From: Rebecca billardiae RCC1528
Lineage: Eukaryota > Protista > Haptophyta
Assembly: GCA_965240325.2 (NCBI GenBank)
Contig: OZ251223.1
Coordinates: 1,674,001 to 1,738,000 of the forward strand
DNA: 64,000 nt
Reading direction: 5' to 3'
Part shown: piece by piece, positions 1 to 10,933 of the stretch
Position numbering within the stretch: the first letter of the stretch is position 1
How the letters are laid out: the number at the start of each line of letters is the position of its first letter
Position numbers and translations under genes: made by a program
Notes under the pieces: model-generated
Told to the model about the DNA's origin: nothing
The model's input: only the letters and a program-made list of their open reading frames with translations
The model's database searches: none

Positions 1-1
1 G

Positions 2-715
2 AGCGCAGCGCGCTCGGTGCACCACCGTGTTGGGCCGCTCCGGGCTAGCAGCATCTCACCACCCGCCTCGTCAGCATGGGACATCCGGGAGCGGGCACCA
101 GCGTCGGACAGCTCGGTGTTCTTCGTGCTGGGTGGGCCGGGCAGTGGGAAGGGCACACAGTGCGATCTGCTGCGAGAGGCGTTTGGCATGTGCCACCTGA
201 GCGCAGGCGACCTCCTTCGTGCCGAGGCGAGCAAGCCGACTGAGCTCGGCGAGTCCATCTCGAAGATCCTCGTTGAGGGCCAGATCGTGCCATCCCACGT
301 GACCGTGTCCCTGCTGGCTGCTGCCATGCGCGAACGGCCTGGGCCCTTCCTCATTGACGGCTTTCCTCGCTCGATGGAGAACCTGAAGGAATACAAGGAA
401 GGGATGGGTGACGATGCCACGTGCGAATTCGTGCTTTTTCTCGACCTGTCCGAGGAGGTCATGTGCCGGCGGCTGCTCGGGCGCTCAGAGGTCAGCGATC
501 GGTCTGACGACAACGAGGTGACCATCAAGAAGCGCTTCAAGACCTTCCAGGAGCAGACCATGCCTGTGATCGACCTTATGGCGAAGCAAGGGCTCGTTCG
601 TCGCGTCCCAGCCGATGGCACCCCGGAAGAGGTGTTTGCAGCGGTGCGCAGTCTCTTTGACGACGCATTGGCAGCCTCGTCCCCTCAAGTCCTGCCAAGC
701 CCGAGAGCGGGCTGA
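2..715 (+). CDS. UMP-CMP kinase / adenylate kinase family protein (probably 5'-partial)
   Basis: P-loop VLGGPGSGKGTQC, HLSAGDLLRAE, GQIVP, FLIDGFPRS and LID RSDDN..IKKRF motifs. The frame is open to the window edge and there is no in-frame ATG before the domain. Confidence 0.9.
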   Translation, partial: SAARSVHHRVGPLRASSISPPASSAWDIRERAPASDSSVFFVLGGPGSGKGTQCDLLREAFGMCHLSAGDLLRAEASKPTELGESISKILVEGQIVPSHVTVSLLAAAMRERPGPFLIDGFPRSMENLKEYKEGMGDDATCEFVLFLDLSEEVMCRRLLGRSEVSDRSDDNEVTIKKRFKTFQEQTMPVIDLMAKQGLVRRVPADGTPEEVFAAVRSLFDDALAASSPQVLPSPRAG

Positions 716-1343
716 CGCACCCTGCCAGTACCAAGTCCAAAGTTGGGCGTGCGGGGTGTCACGCAGTGTCGCAGTAGTGGCATGTTAGGGCGCACGGCCC
801 CCCCGAAAGGTCTGAGCGTGAGCGAAAGCCGGGGGGAGGCGGCGCACGTGCTCCGCAAACTCAAAAAAGATAATGGCGCGCGTGATGGTGGGGATTTATT
901 TGTATAATTTTAGCAGGGGGCGGAAGCTGCTTATGAATGACATTCACCCCCCTTGAAGTTGATGACGGTTTGATTGCGTCAATATGTGAGATTCTCCCGC
1001 CACGTATTAATCTTCACTTTAAGCACCAGTCACACTTAGGAAAAAGCATGGTCCAATAGCAAACACCATCAACCCTGCGTTCGAACATTCTATGGTAAGA
1101 TGCCTGAATTGTAAGAGCCTGAAACAGCTCGCCAACCAGAGGAAAGAGAGGTTGGGTCGATGATCATTTGTTGATGAGTCATCGATTATTCATTCACTCA
1201 TCAACAAATGATGGCCGCGGCCCGCGGACCTGAAAATCTCATGAGCATATAAGAATTTCTACCGCTTCACGTACGAACTTTGACGATTCTCCCTCATTTA
1301 ATAGTTAGTGTTACCTGCGCGTCCGGGACCGCTTGACGAATAT

Positions 1344-1407
1344 GAAGGAAAACTTGAGCGGACAAATCTTCATAAGAAGGAAAACTTGAGCGGACAAATC
1401 TTCATAA
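1344..1407. repeat. 32-bp perfect tandem duplication
   Basis: GAAGGAAAACTTGAGCGGACAAATCTTCATAA x2. Confidence 0.9.
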
Positions 1408-1964
1408 TATCTCCCTTGATGATGAATACCACGCTGCGGCGGGTCCCAACGGCCGTCGGCATCGCATTCGTGCCTCGCTCACCCCGCGCGCCCCGCCCTG
1501 CCGACCCGCGTCCACGCGCGTGCGCGCCCGTCGCGCAGCCTTTTCGGTGCAAGCTCCGTTCTGCTGCTGCAACTACGAGTCGCTCGCAGACGGCAGAGGT
1601 GATGCTGCTGGCGGTCAGAGGGCGATACGATGCGGTGTCTTTGACTGGGCTGTGCCACTGCTACAACCTCGCCGCGATGGCTCGAGGTGAACGTGGCGGC
1701 TGAGGGCGTCTCAGCTCGTCCGGGTGTCACAAGCTGCGGGCGCACTCGCAGCCCCGCGGGCTGGAGCTGTGTTCGAGACTGTGGCTGGCGCAGGCGCACG
1801 AGGAGAGGGCAGCGCGAGTGTCTGCGTGCTCGCTGCATCTTGCTGCGCGATGGTCCGCTCGTCTGCTCCCACGATCTCGACCTATCTCGTCTGGGAGCGG
1901 CGAGCGCACGATCAGCTTGCAGCTGCCGTCGCGGGCGACGGTGCCACTGTCTCGTGGTCAAACA

Positions 1965-2268
1965 CAGCGCTCGGCGTGAGCAGCCCGCGGGAGCGGTGGC
2001 AGTGACCGAGCTGCGCCGCACCGCCGGCCGCACGCGCGTGCGCCAGTTGGGTGGCGTCGTGGCCTCGCCTTTCAGCCGTTTCATCCGCCGCGCAGGCCGA
2101 TTTGACGCCGTCAGCAGCGCTCGGCGTGAGCAGCCCGCGGGAGCGGTGGCAGTGACCGAGCTGCGTCGCACCGCCGGCCGCACGCGCGTGCGCCAGTTGG
2201 GTGGCGTCGTGGTCTCGCCTTTCAGCCGTTTCATCCGCCGCTCAGGCCGATTTGACGCCGTCAGCAGC
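1965..2268. repeat. 150-bp near-perfect tandem duplication inside the element
   Basis: Unit CAGCGCTCGGCGTGAGCAGCCC...GACGCCGTCAG repeated at 1965 and 2115 with few substitutions. Confidence 0.9.
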
Positions 2269-3048
2269 CATTTGTCGACGCGCTACGCGTCAGACGGCTG
2301 ACGAGCCGGGTGAGCCGCCTGTGGGCCGAGGTGGTCCGCGGGAGCGCGCGCTTCGCCGTGGTGGCCTGGTATGGCCCCGGCGGCGGCTGGGCTGGCCAGG
2401 GGAGCGTAGACTGTACCGGGGCAGTGCCGCTAGGCGCATGCTAGCGCCGCCGCCGCTTTTCTGGCGCGCCGGATATTTTCCTTATTATTGCCAGCCTCCC
2501 AGTGTCACAGCCAGCTGCCGCCCGCCGGTACCGTAGCTAACTAATCTGTAACCCGACTGCTCAGCCGCATCACCCAGCGCAGCTTCGCCCGCGACGACGG
2601 CTTCGCCTGGCTACCACTGCTCATCAGCCGCGTGCCCGGCGGGCTCGGCGGGCGTCGTTCGATCGAGCACGGCTGCAGCGCAGCACGCGTAAGAGGCTGG
2701 CCACTGTGACGCGGATGGCGGAGGCGCCGGGCTTTGCGGGAATTGGGCTCGGGCTGCCATGAGCCGCCACGGGCTGTACCGTCTGCGCAGATCGCGCTCG
2801 GCCCGGCCGCAGCCCTCCTGAGCGCGCGCCTCAGAGCTGAGACTGATCACGGACAGGCGCACGAGCGACACTGCCATGCGGCTCGGTGTCGAGCCGCTGC
2901 GTGTGAGGCTCGAGGCGCGGCGCTCGCACGGGCGCAGCGGGTGCGCGCAGCTGGCGCACGCAGCCACGCGCGGAACTAGCTAGGGCCGTGCGCTCTCAAC
3001 TTCGTTGTTCACTACCCGAAGATCGGCGTAGCCGATCATGTATACTTA

Positions 3049-3103
3049 TGACCGCGTTCCGCGGTCCACTTCCGTCAGAACCAATCACGTCGTAGTTGGG
3101 GGC
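3049..3103 (-). mobile_element. Orphan 3' end of the Helitron2-like element, subfamily A
   Basis: TGACCGCGTTCCGCGGTCC hairpin plus a spacer homologous to 17021-17066. Truncated before the inner inverted repeat. Confidence 0.65.
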
Positions 3104-3315
3104 GTGACATACTTAGTTTTACATCAGCGCAGCGGCGACTGATTCGGACCGGACTAGGTGACTCACTGTTGAGTGAGTAGTGATGACAGCCTGGCCGGGC
3201 TAGGCATCGCCCCCGATGCCTAGCCCGCCCAGTGCCGCGCATGCCTAGCCTGGCACGTTTTCGCTCGAGTGCACTCAGATGGAGGCAACCGCGTACGTCG
3301 CGCACCCGTCGGGCG

Positions 3316-6300
3316 TTACAAATACGATGATGTCATGACCCAGAGGTGGGCGTCGAGGGCTGGCAGCAGCACGGCTCCGGAGGTTGTGACGTTGTGCGCG
3401 GCGGCGGCAGCCTCCATGGCCAGCGAATGCAAGTGCGTAAGCTCTCGGGCCGCCAGGACGCTTGCCTCCCCGACGGTCTTGCCAGCTGCCAACTGCTGCA
3501 GCTGCTCGGCGTGCTCGCGCTGCAGCTGCCGGAAGAGGCCAGCCGCACTCGCATCGAGCGGCTCCGACCACACCGCAGCAGTCAAGGCGCGGAGCACGTC
3601 AGCAGTCGGCACGCTCTCGTTGCCCACGCTCGACAGCGCCCATGCGCCGAGGTGTGCACTTTGCAGCCGAGATGGCTGGAGGACGAGCTTGAGTGCGCGC
3701 GCACGAAGGGAGCGCATCTGGGCGAGCACGTCCACCGCGCGCGTGCCGAGGCAGTAGTCACCGATCCCATCGCACCAGCCAGCAGGGGCGGCGAGGTGTG
3801 GCCAGAGCGACGCCGATGGGACGAGTCTTTCGTCGGTGAGCACGCGCTCGAGCACGCGCAGCGCCCGCCGAGTCTGTGCGGCACTTGTTGGGCGCATGAC
3901 GGCGCCTAGCTCCCCGCGCTTTGCGCGTTCGATGCCGCCCACGTGCTTGGCGGCGATCACAGCAGCGGTCGAGATTGGGCGCAGCGCCTCGCTCACGCGC
4001 GCTGCCAGAGCGAACGGGCGGCTGCCACGCGGCACGGTGGCCTGATTCGAAGGGGTTGAAGGAGTGTCGGGACCAGTGCCGTTTATGCCGGGGAGGGCAG
4101 CCGAGCCGTTTGCGGCGGGTGGCGGCAGCGGCGGCGGCGAGGGCGGGTGCGATGGAGGGGGCCACCGCGGCGGCGGAGGGCTGAGCGGAGCGTCAGCCTG
4201 CGCGGCCGCCTCGGCAAGCAGCACGGCAGCGAGCTCGAGCGCGTTCTCAGCGTAATCCAAAGGCTCGCTGCCGACATCCCAACGCGCGACGGTGTGGTCC
4301 GTGCCTTCGGGGCCGGGCTCATCCTCGTCCGTGCCAAACTGCAGCCGGTCGTCAGCCTGCACGCGCGCGGCTATGCGTGCGAGCTCCGCTGCACTCCTGA
4401 CTCGTGTGTACCCGTACTCGATCGCCCACATGTCGTACGCGCCTAGGGTGGGCGTGAAGAAGTCGCCCTGGCGGGAGGGATCGGCGTGCACGACGGGCGG
4501 AAGGTAGTCCATCACGCTCGCCGTCAGCCCGTGCTCCGCCGTGAAGCTGCGGTTGCCGAGCTGCGCCCACGGCAGCGCAGCGGACCCCTTGAAGTTGTGC
4601 CGCAGCCCGAGCGCGTGTCCGACCTCGTGCATCGCCACGTCCGCGAGCGCCTGCGCCGCGAACTCCGCGGGCAGGCTGTCGATCTCGGAGATATCTGCCT
4701 CGGCGGACGCGGCGCGGATGGCACGCCGCACGGCGTGCGCTCCGCCCACGCCGTGCTCGTGCGCGTGTGAGAGCCCGCACGGGCCCTGGTGTGCGTGCCG
4801 GTTCGCACCCAGCCGCTTGAGCGCACGCACGTGACGTGGCCGCTCAGCGCCCTCCGCGCCCTCGTGCCGCTCCTCGTGAACGGAGTGCGAGCTGCGGCCA
4901 TCCGCCGTCTCCCAGTCGTCGAGCCAGGCTCGAATCCACGAGTGCGTGAAGAGGATGTCCGAGTTGAGGATCTCTCCACTCCGGGGGTCGGCTGTGGACG
5001 GCGCGACAGCGTACGTCTGCTGCGTTGAGACCGCCCAGCTGATGGTCGAGAAGCGCATGTCCCCAGCGTCGTAGTCGTCCGGCCACGCGTCGTCTCCCGG
5101 CGTCACGACGGCAATCGCATCGGCCCAGCCCGCTGCTTCAAACGCGCGCCCCCAGCGCAGCACGCCCTCGGCAAGCGGCGCGCGCCAGCGGAGCGGCACG
5201 CTCGGGTCGACGTAAAAGGTGATGGGCGCCTTGGGCACGTCCAGGCTGCGCCCGTCGGCTGCGGTGACAGTGGCGCCGGAGGGCTCGAGACGCCAGCGGT
5301 GAATCATGCGCACGACGCGGTCCGCGCTCGCAGCACTAAGCGCACCTTCGGGCGGCGCCCCGAGCTCGACGTACCGCGACGCAAAGTAGCCAACACGCTC
5401 GTCGAGCGCGCGCGCGGGGGCCGGCTCATCCGGCAGCATGGCGAGCGCGTAATGCACGCCCAGGAGGGTGACTTCGTCGTACCCGTCATCGTCCTTGGTC
5501 TCGAAGCGGTACTCAGCCTCGAGCCACACGTTGCGCGCGTACCCACCCACGCCCGCCATGCGTGCCTTCCGTGCGTCCGCTGCGAATGACAGCGCACCAC
5601 AGCCGTCGCGCGCCCACTGCGTCACGTCGACGTACAGGTACCTTTCGCCCGCTCGCTCGTGTGTCGTGATCAGCTCGAAGGTGCGCTCCCAGCCGGACCA
5701 CGCGGCGTTCTCGAGCACGCGCGCATACGCCGTCCCTGACCGGGCGCGCAGCCCGAGCTCAGGTTTGACCAGATCGAGCGAGGTGCCGCCGGTGCCGAGG
5801 TGCAGCTCGAACACGCGACCGTCCGCGTCCACGTCAGCGATCGGCGAGTGGTAGAGCGTTTGTTTGCCATCGGCCTTGGACGCGAGCGCGTCGACGACGA
5901 AAGGCTTTCCAAGAGCGCGGGAGGGCACCTCAAAAATGACGTCGTGCGCGCTGTTGCTGAAGATGCCGACGAATGCGCCCGCAGCGCTCCGGCGCACAAA
6001 GCCACGCGGCAGGTCTGGCTCAGCATCGTTGCCACCGTCGCCATCGTCGCCGTCACCGTCAGAGTCTTGGCTGGGCGAAGCAGCACTGCTGTCGCCTGAG
6101 GATGAGTCGGGCGAGTCGTAAGGTGAGACGGAGACGCTCGTGCGCGTGGGCGAGTAGCGCCTCCAAAAGCCGCTCCCTTCAGAAAAGGCGCCCTCCGACG
6201 CAAGCCACGCGCAGACGCTTGCGATGCCGAGCGCGAGCAGCAGCAGCAATCCCAAGAGTCGGTGGCGCCTACGCCGCGCCGAAGGCCTTTCGCTCGCACG

Positions 6301-6354
6301 TCCGCCAGCCTCGAGATCGGGCGGCGCCGGGGGAACGGGGTCGGCGCCCTGCAT
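3316..6354 (-). CDS. Membrane-anchored EcxA-type (DUF5117/DUF4953-like) metzincin zinc metalloprotease
   Basis: HEVGHALGLRHNFKGS, Met-turn SVMDY, DERVGYF, RWRL, DPRSGEILNSDI, YDMWAIEYGY. N-terminal TM segment LLGLLLLLALGIASVCAWL. ATG at 6354 chosen as start; no introns needed. Confidence 0.88.
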   Translation of the reverse strand: MQGADPVPPAPPDLEAGGRASERPSARRRRHRLLGLLLLLALGIASVCAWLASEGAFSEGSGFWRRYSPTRTSVSVSPYDSPDSSSGDSSAASPSQDSDGDGDDGDGGNDAEPDLPRGFVRRSAAGAFVGIFSNSAHDVIFEVPSRALGKPFVVDALASKADGKQTLYHSPIADVDADGRVFELHLGTGGTSLDLVKPELGLRARSGTAYARVLENAAWSGWERTFELITTHERAGERYLYVDVTQWARDGCGALSFAADARKARMAGVGGYARNVWLEAEYRFETKDDDGYDEVTLLGVHYALAMLPDEPAPARALDERVGYFASRYVELGAPPEGALSAASADRVVRMIHRWRLEPSGATVTAADGRSLDVPKAPITFYVDPSVPLRWRAPLAEGVLRWGRAFEAAGWADAIAVVTPGDDAWPDDYDAGDMRFSTISWAVSTQQTYAVAPSTADPRSGEILNSDILFTHSWIRAWLDDWETADGRSSHSVHEERHEGAEGAERPRHVRALKRLGANRHAHQGPCGLSHAHEHGVGGAHAVRRAIRAASAEADISEIDSLPAEFAAQALADVAMHEVGHALGLRHNFKGSAALPWAQLGNRSFTAEHGLTASVMDYLPPVVHADPSRQGDFFTPTLGAYDMWAIEYGYTRVRSAAELARIAARVQADDRLQFGTDEDEPGPEGTDHTVARWDVGSEPLDYAENALELAAVLLAEAAAQADAPLSPPPPRWPPPSHPPSPPPLPPPAANGSAALPGINGTGPDTPSTPSNQATVPRGSRPFALAARVSEALRPISTAAVIAAKHVGGIERAKRGELGAVMRPTSAAQTRRALRVLERVLTDERLVPSASLWPHLAAPAGWCDGIGDYCLGTRAVDVLAQMRSLRARALKLVLQPSRLQSAHLGAWALSSVGNESVPTADVLRALTAAVWSEPLDASAAGLFRQLQREHAEQLQQLAAGKTVGEASVLAARELTHLHSLAMEAAAAAHNVTTSGAVLLPALDAHLWVMTSSYL

Positions 6355-6630
6355 GGTCCGCTGCTTTGGCGCGGGCGGCAGACGGACGCCACTGGGTTCT
6401 CGCCGCGCCGATTTCCGCGCGAAGGCGGACGATTCCGGTAGCTCGTTCCGGATGCACGAGTGGGTAAAGCAAGGGCCGTAGGTAAAGGTCGTTTTATGTC
6501 GGTTACCAGCTCCCGGAACGCGCGCGCGGCAGTGAGCGGTCGCCATCTTGCACTCGATCGGCAGGACGCCTTGCTCCTGGGAATGCTGCGGGCGTGAGAG
6601 GCCCTTCTCGGCACCTGGCCTGCGCATCAG

Positions 6631-8334
6631 ATGGCCGAGGCCGCCGAGCCCCCAGCCAACACGTTGGATTCACCGCACTCGAGTCCAGCGCTCGAACCTG
6701 CTGAGGCTGGCCAGCCGCTCACGCTTGACGCTCTTCTGGACTCAGACGACGAGGGCGTCGTCGATGCGGCGCCTTCTACCGAGGAAGGCGCCACCCACGC
6801 TGATGATCGGCAGCCGGAGGTGCACGAGTCAGGCGGCGCTCTTGCCGTCGATGGCGCGGACACGACGCCATCTGTTACCGAGGCTCCCACTCGTGCCGTG
6901 GGCGCCGACGCAGAGGACATTGGGAGCACGCCTGACGTCGTGATTCCTCGAGTGCAGTCGAGCGAGTTCACACCTGGCGCCGGTCCACCCCAGCCGTCAC
7001 AGCCGGGGCCGGCGAGCGAGCACGGTGCGGCGACGCCTGAGCGGTCGCCTTTGCCTTCCACGGGCGAGCCGTCACTCATAGATCGGACGCCCGAAGCACC
7101 ATCGGCGCAGCGCGGCCGCGCTCGTGACAGCAGGGCCACACCGAGCCCCGCGGTGCGCACAAGGCCGTCGCAGCTGCGGCAGTCATCGCCCGTGCGCGCG
7201 GCGACGCGCGTGCGCATCGGATCAATCTCAACCGCCGCGGCTCCCCGCGTGCAGCCCGGCTTCCGCGAGTCGATGCGCGCTGTGCCCAACGTGGCCGGCT
7301 GGCGCGTGCACACGAGCAGGCTCCATGCCGTCGAGGTGCGCAGGCGGAAGGGGCCGGCACCGCCCGCGCCGCGCGCGCAGTCCATGCTGTCGGGCTCGCA
7401 GTTCTCGCACCACGCGGCGTCGCTGGGCATGCGCTACGAGCGCTCGCGGCTGTACGCCCTCGGCCCGTCGCGCTTCATCGACAGCGGCGCCGTCGACCGC
7501 TCTGCCGGCGCGCGGCGCGCGATGCTAGACTACCTCCTCTCTGAGCCGCCGCGGTACGAGGGCGAGGGCGAGGGCGAGGGCGAGGGCGAGGAGGCGGAGG
7601 AGGGCGTGATGGCCGGCATGATCCGGGAGGCGGAGCTCCCGCGACGTCGCGTGACTGCGGACGGCTGGGTCGTCGAGCTGCCCTCGCGCCGGCTCATCCT
7701 GCCCACGACGGTGCCGCCGTCCTCCGAGCTCGGGCTGCCAGTGGCGTATGACCTCATCCCTGCGCCGCTGCCATTCGGAGGCTTCCCGCGGCTCTCGGCA
7801 TCGCGCTCGACGCACGCGGCCCACGCGGCGATGCTGAAGGGCCTCTCTCGACCTTCGACGCCCGCCGTCGGCGCCGTGCAGCCGTACAGCTCGCCCCGCT
7901 CCTCCTCGTGGTTGGGCGCGCACGCGCATGCAGTCGGCGTCACCTCGGCGTCGAGCGTCGAGGACTCGGAGGGCGCTGCCGGCTTGGGGCGCGACAGCGA
8001 GGCCGTGCCGTCGAGTATCAGCGCGTCGTTTCAAGGGCGCGCGAACGAGCCCATGCCGCGCGCAGCCGGCTCGTCCGACGAGCGCGGACAGACCGCGCCA
8101 ACGCCGCCCCGGCGCCTCGAGCTGGGGCGGAGCCTGAGCACCTACTCGGCGTCGCAGACGGGCTCGTTGGCATCCCTGTCGCTCGACTACAACTCATCGC
8201 CTTCCCTCGACCTGGTGCCGTCAGCGTACGCGAGCCCCTCGGAGGTGGCTGCGATTGCGCGGGGGCGCACGGGCGGTGCGCTGCCCAAGGCGCGCCGCGT
8301 CATCGCACCGCACTACGCCGTCACGACGACATGA
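6631..8334 (+). CDS. Hypothetical low-complexity (Ser/Pro/Ala-rich) protein
   Basis: 567-aa ATG-started ORF with coding-like codon pattern, divergent from the metalloprotease. No recognisable domain. Confidence 0.55.
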   Translation: MAEAAEPPANTLDSPHSSPALEPAEAGQPLTLDALLDSDDEGVVDAAPSTEEGATHADDRQPEVHESGGALAVDGADTTPSVTEAPTRAVGADAEDIGSTPDVVIPRVQSSEFTPGAGPPQPSQPGPASEHGAATPERSPLPSTGEPSLIDRTPEAPSAQRGRARDSRATPSPAVRTRPSQLRQSSPVRAATRVRIGSISTAAAPRVQPGFRESMRAVPNVAGWRVHTSRLHAVEVRRRKGPAPPAPRAQSMLSGSQFSHHAASLGMRYERSRLYALGPSRFIDSGAVDRSAGARRAMLDYLLSEPPRYEGEGEGEGEGEEAEEGVMAGMIREAELPRRRVTADGWVVELPSRRLILPTTVPPSSELGLPVAYDLIPAPLPFGGFPRLSASRSTHAAHAAMLKGLSRPSTPAVGAVQPYSSPRSSSWLGAHAHAVGVTSASSVEDSEGAAGLGRDSEAVPSSISASFQGRANEPMPRAAGSSDERGQTAPTPPRRLELGRSLSTYSASQTGSLASLSLDYNSSPSLDLVPSAYASPSEVAAIARGRTGGALPKARRVIAPHYAVTTT

Positions 8335-8692
8335 ATCGTCAGCCACTGCTGCTCACTAGCTACTATTACTTAGTCGGTTGCCTTCCGACGGTTATCAGCT
8401 AGCTAGTAGTACAGTATTAGTACGCGTGCCGATTATACGACCTCACCCTCACCCAAGTGCTCCGGAAGGCACTCGGCTGACGCGCGGCGGCAGAATTCTG
8501 CCGTCGCCGCCACGCGCCTCAGGCCCAGGCCGAGGCATTGCTCCGCATCCCGGCCCCGCTCCCGTAGGGGGGCAGGGCTGCGGGTGGCGCACTGCCTGAC
8601 CTGGTTGGAAGGCGCGGACGCATTCTATGTGTCTGCTGCACTCTGAGCCTGACCGCGCTTGCCGGTCGGCACAGTACCACGGCGTCGTTAAT

Positions 8693-8963
<271 letters not shown>

Positions 8964-9330
8964 ATAGCAGGGCCTCTCTCTCTATCTGATAGCAGGGCTG
9001 CACACTCTGAGTCTGTCTGTCCGATCGGGGCACTCTCGTAAGTCGTATAATAATTAACGACGTATTGCCCGTTAAATCGTTAATCGGCCTACAGTATTTG
9101 GGAAGTGACGATCATATATTGGTGACGTGAGCACGGGCAGCAGCGTTCCGGTCACGCCGTTGACCAGCAGCACAGTCTGTGACTCCGACGCAACCTGCAC
9201 TACATCATACGTGATGCTGTATGGTATTGTACTTGCTGTACGGTCAAAACGGTGCCAGACACGGTGACACGTGTGACGCAGCACATCAGCAGCGGGCTGT
9301 AAGGCAGTCCGCGCAGCCTGCTCAGAGGCC

Positions 9331-10635
9331 TCAGAGTCGGACCTGGAGCGGATCCAGGCGCATCAGCGTCCCGCCGCCCTTGACGACGCTCATGCTCGCA
9401 ATCGATTTGCGGGCGGGGTCGACCGTGCCGCGGAGCTTCTCTTGCATCGCCCGGCCGAAGACTTCCGTCTCAATGCGTTGCGCGAACGCCTTCTGCTCCT
9501 GGTTGGCCGTGCCGCCTGGCCGGACGTCGAGCGGCATGCATGGCAGCGTGGTGAGGTGGAGGACGGCGTGGTTGAAGTCGCGATGTAGGTCAAGGAGAGG
9601 CAGGTCGTTCGCGTCCTCGCCGAACGGTTGCTCCAGCTCCTCCGCCACCTCGAGCAGCGCGGCGAGCACGAGTGTTGACGCAAAGCTCGCGCCGACAGCG
9701 ACAGCCCATATGTTGGTAAAGGAGATCATCACGAGCGGGGCGGTCGCCAAGAAGTAGAGCTTCATGTACCTCATCATCTCATAGAGCGGGTAGGGGAAGG
9801 GCATCGCGGCGATCTTCTGCGCGTGCATGCACGCGTCGACGCCCTCCGTGAGCGCCGCGATCGCGCGCGCGAGCACGGGCGGCGGCACGTCGAGGCCGCC
9901 CGCCTTGCTCCGCGTGACCACCAGCCGGTGCACGCGCAGCGCGACCATCTGCACCCACGCGCCATGAGTCACCCCCTCCAGCTCCTTGAGCTCGAGGGCG
10001 TCGGGCGCGCCGAGCACCTTGATGCAGAGCATGCGCGTGCGATGTGCCGACGTGAGGAGCAGTGCCCTAAACTGCGGGCACAGCGCGGCGCTGGCCGCGC
10101 GCAGCTCGTCGCCCTCATTCCGCTGGTGCGCAGACGGATTCAGGCACTCGACATTCCAGTGCTGCTTGATCTCGAGGACGGAGACGGCGTGCATGAGCGA
10201 GACGAGATGGGCGAGCTGCGCGCGGAACACACTGTGCGCGTCGCCAAACCCAGGGATGCTACCACGCGCCGGTGCTTTCTCATCAAACGCCACGAGCTGC
10301 AGCACGGCGTTGAGCCACTTCTCGCGCATCCCGTACACGGCAGTTGCGCCCTCCCAGAAGCGGTTGTACGCCATGCTCACGCGGAAGGCGGTGACAAACG
10401 AGATGAAGAGCATCGACACCTGGTGCACGTACGGGTTGCTCATGATCTCGAAGATCTGCTCTCCCGCGCTCGTGCCAAGCTCCGGCGGCCCAATGCCCCA
10501 CTGCAGCCCTTCGATGGTGCCGATGAGAGCACCACAGATCATAGCCGATGCGAAGGCCGCGGGCACCGCCCGTGGCAGCACCGAACCCATCAGGCGCCAC
10601 GTGTTGCACAGCCTGTCGCGCGAATAGTCGATCAT
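9331..10635 (-). CDS. Bestrophin-like (BEST2/YneE family) anion channel
   Basis: FRVSMAYNRFWEG, MPFPYPL, EELEQPFGEDANDLPL and hydrophobic TM segments. ATG at 10635. Confidence 0.9.
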   Translation of the reverse strand: MIDYSRDRLCNTWRLMGSVLPRAVPAAFASAMICGALIGTIEGLQWGIGPPELGTSAGEQIFEIMSNPYVHQVSMLFISFVTAFRVSMAYNRFWEGATAVYGMREKWLNAVLQLVAFDEKAPARGSIPGFGDAHSVFRAQLAHLVSLMHAVSVLEIKQHWNVECLNPSAHQRNEGDELRAASAALCPQFRALLLTSAHRTRMLCIKVLGAPDALELKELEGVTHGAWVQMVALRVHRLVVTRSKAGGLDVPPPVLARAIAALTEGVDACMHAQKIAAMPFPYPLYEMMRYMKLYFLATAPLVMISFTNIWAVAVGASFASTLVLAALLEVAEELEQPFGEDANDLPLLDLHRDFNHAVLHLTTLPCMPLDVRPGGTANQEQKAFAQRIETEVFGRAMQEKLRGTVDPARKSIASMSVVKGGGTLMRLDPLQVRL

Positions 10636-10933
10636 GACGGCGGCTGGGGGGCTCGGCTGCCCGCCGTGCGGCAACCTCAGCTGCCAGCTGCTGATCTTTT
10701 TTCGTTTGCACCGTTACGTAACTTGCTGGTACGCCGTTACTACTCTGAGACTAGTAGTAGTACTACTACTACTATCATACGACCCCAAATGCAAAATACC
10801 CGGCCGCCTGCTGAAGCCACGCTGACGCGGATCCTGCAGAGTGCCGTCATCAAGCGGACCGACATCCCGACTGCGCCGAGAGATCGGCGGAGGCCACGCC
10901 GCACGGACGTGCGGAGCATCGGTCGCAGATCTA

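Larger units (their letters stand above)
783..3038 (+). mobile_element. Non-autonomous Helitron2/Helentron-like element, subfamily B (~2.26 kb)
   Basis: A|TG start. AGGGCGCACGGCCC (787-800) is inverted at GGGCCGTGCGCTCT (2983-2996, 13/14). 5' C-run/G-run hairpin at 798-836. 3' hairpin GATCGGC-GTA-GCCGATC (3021-3037) followed by A|T. Shares internal sequence with the 12479-15216 copy. Confidence 0.7.
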
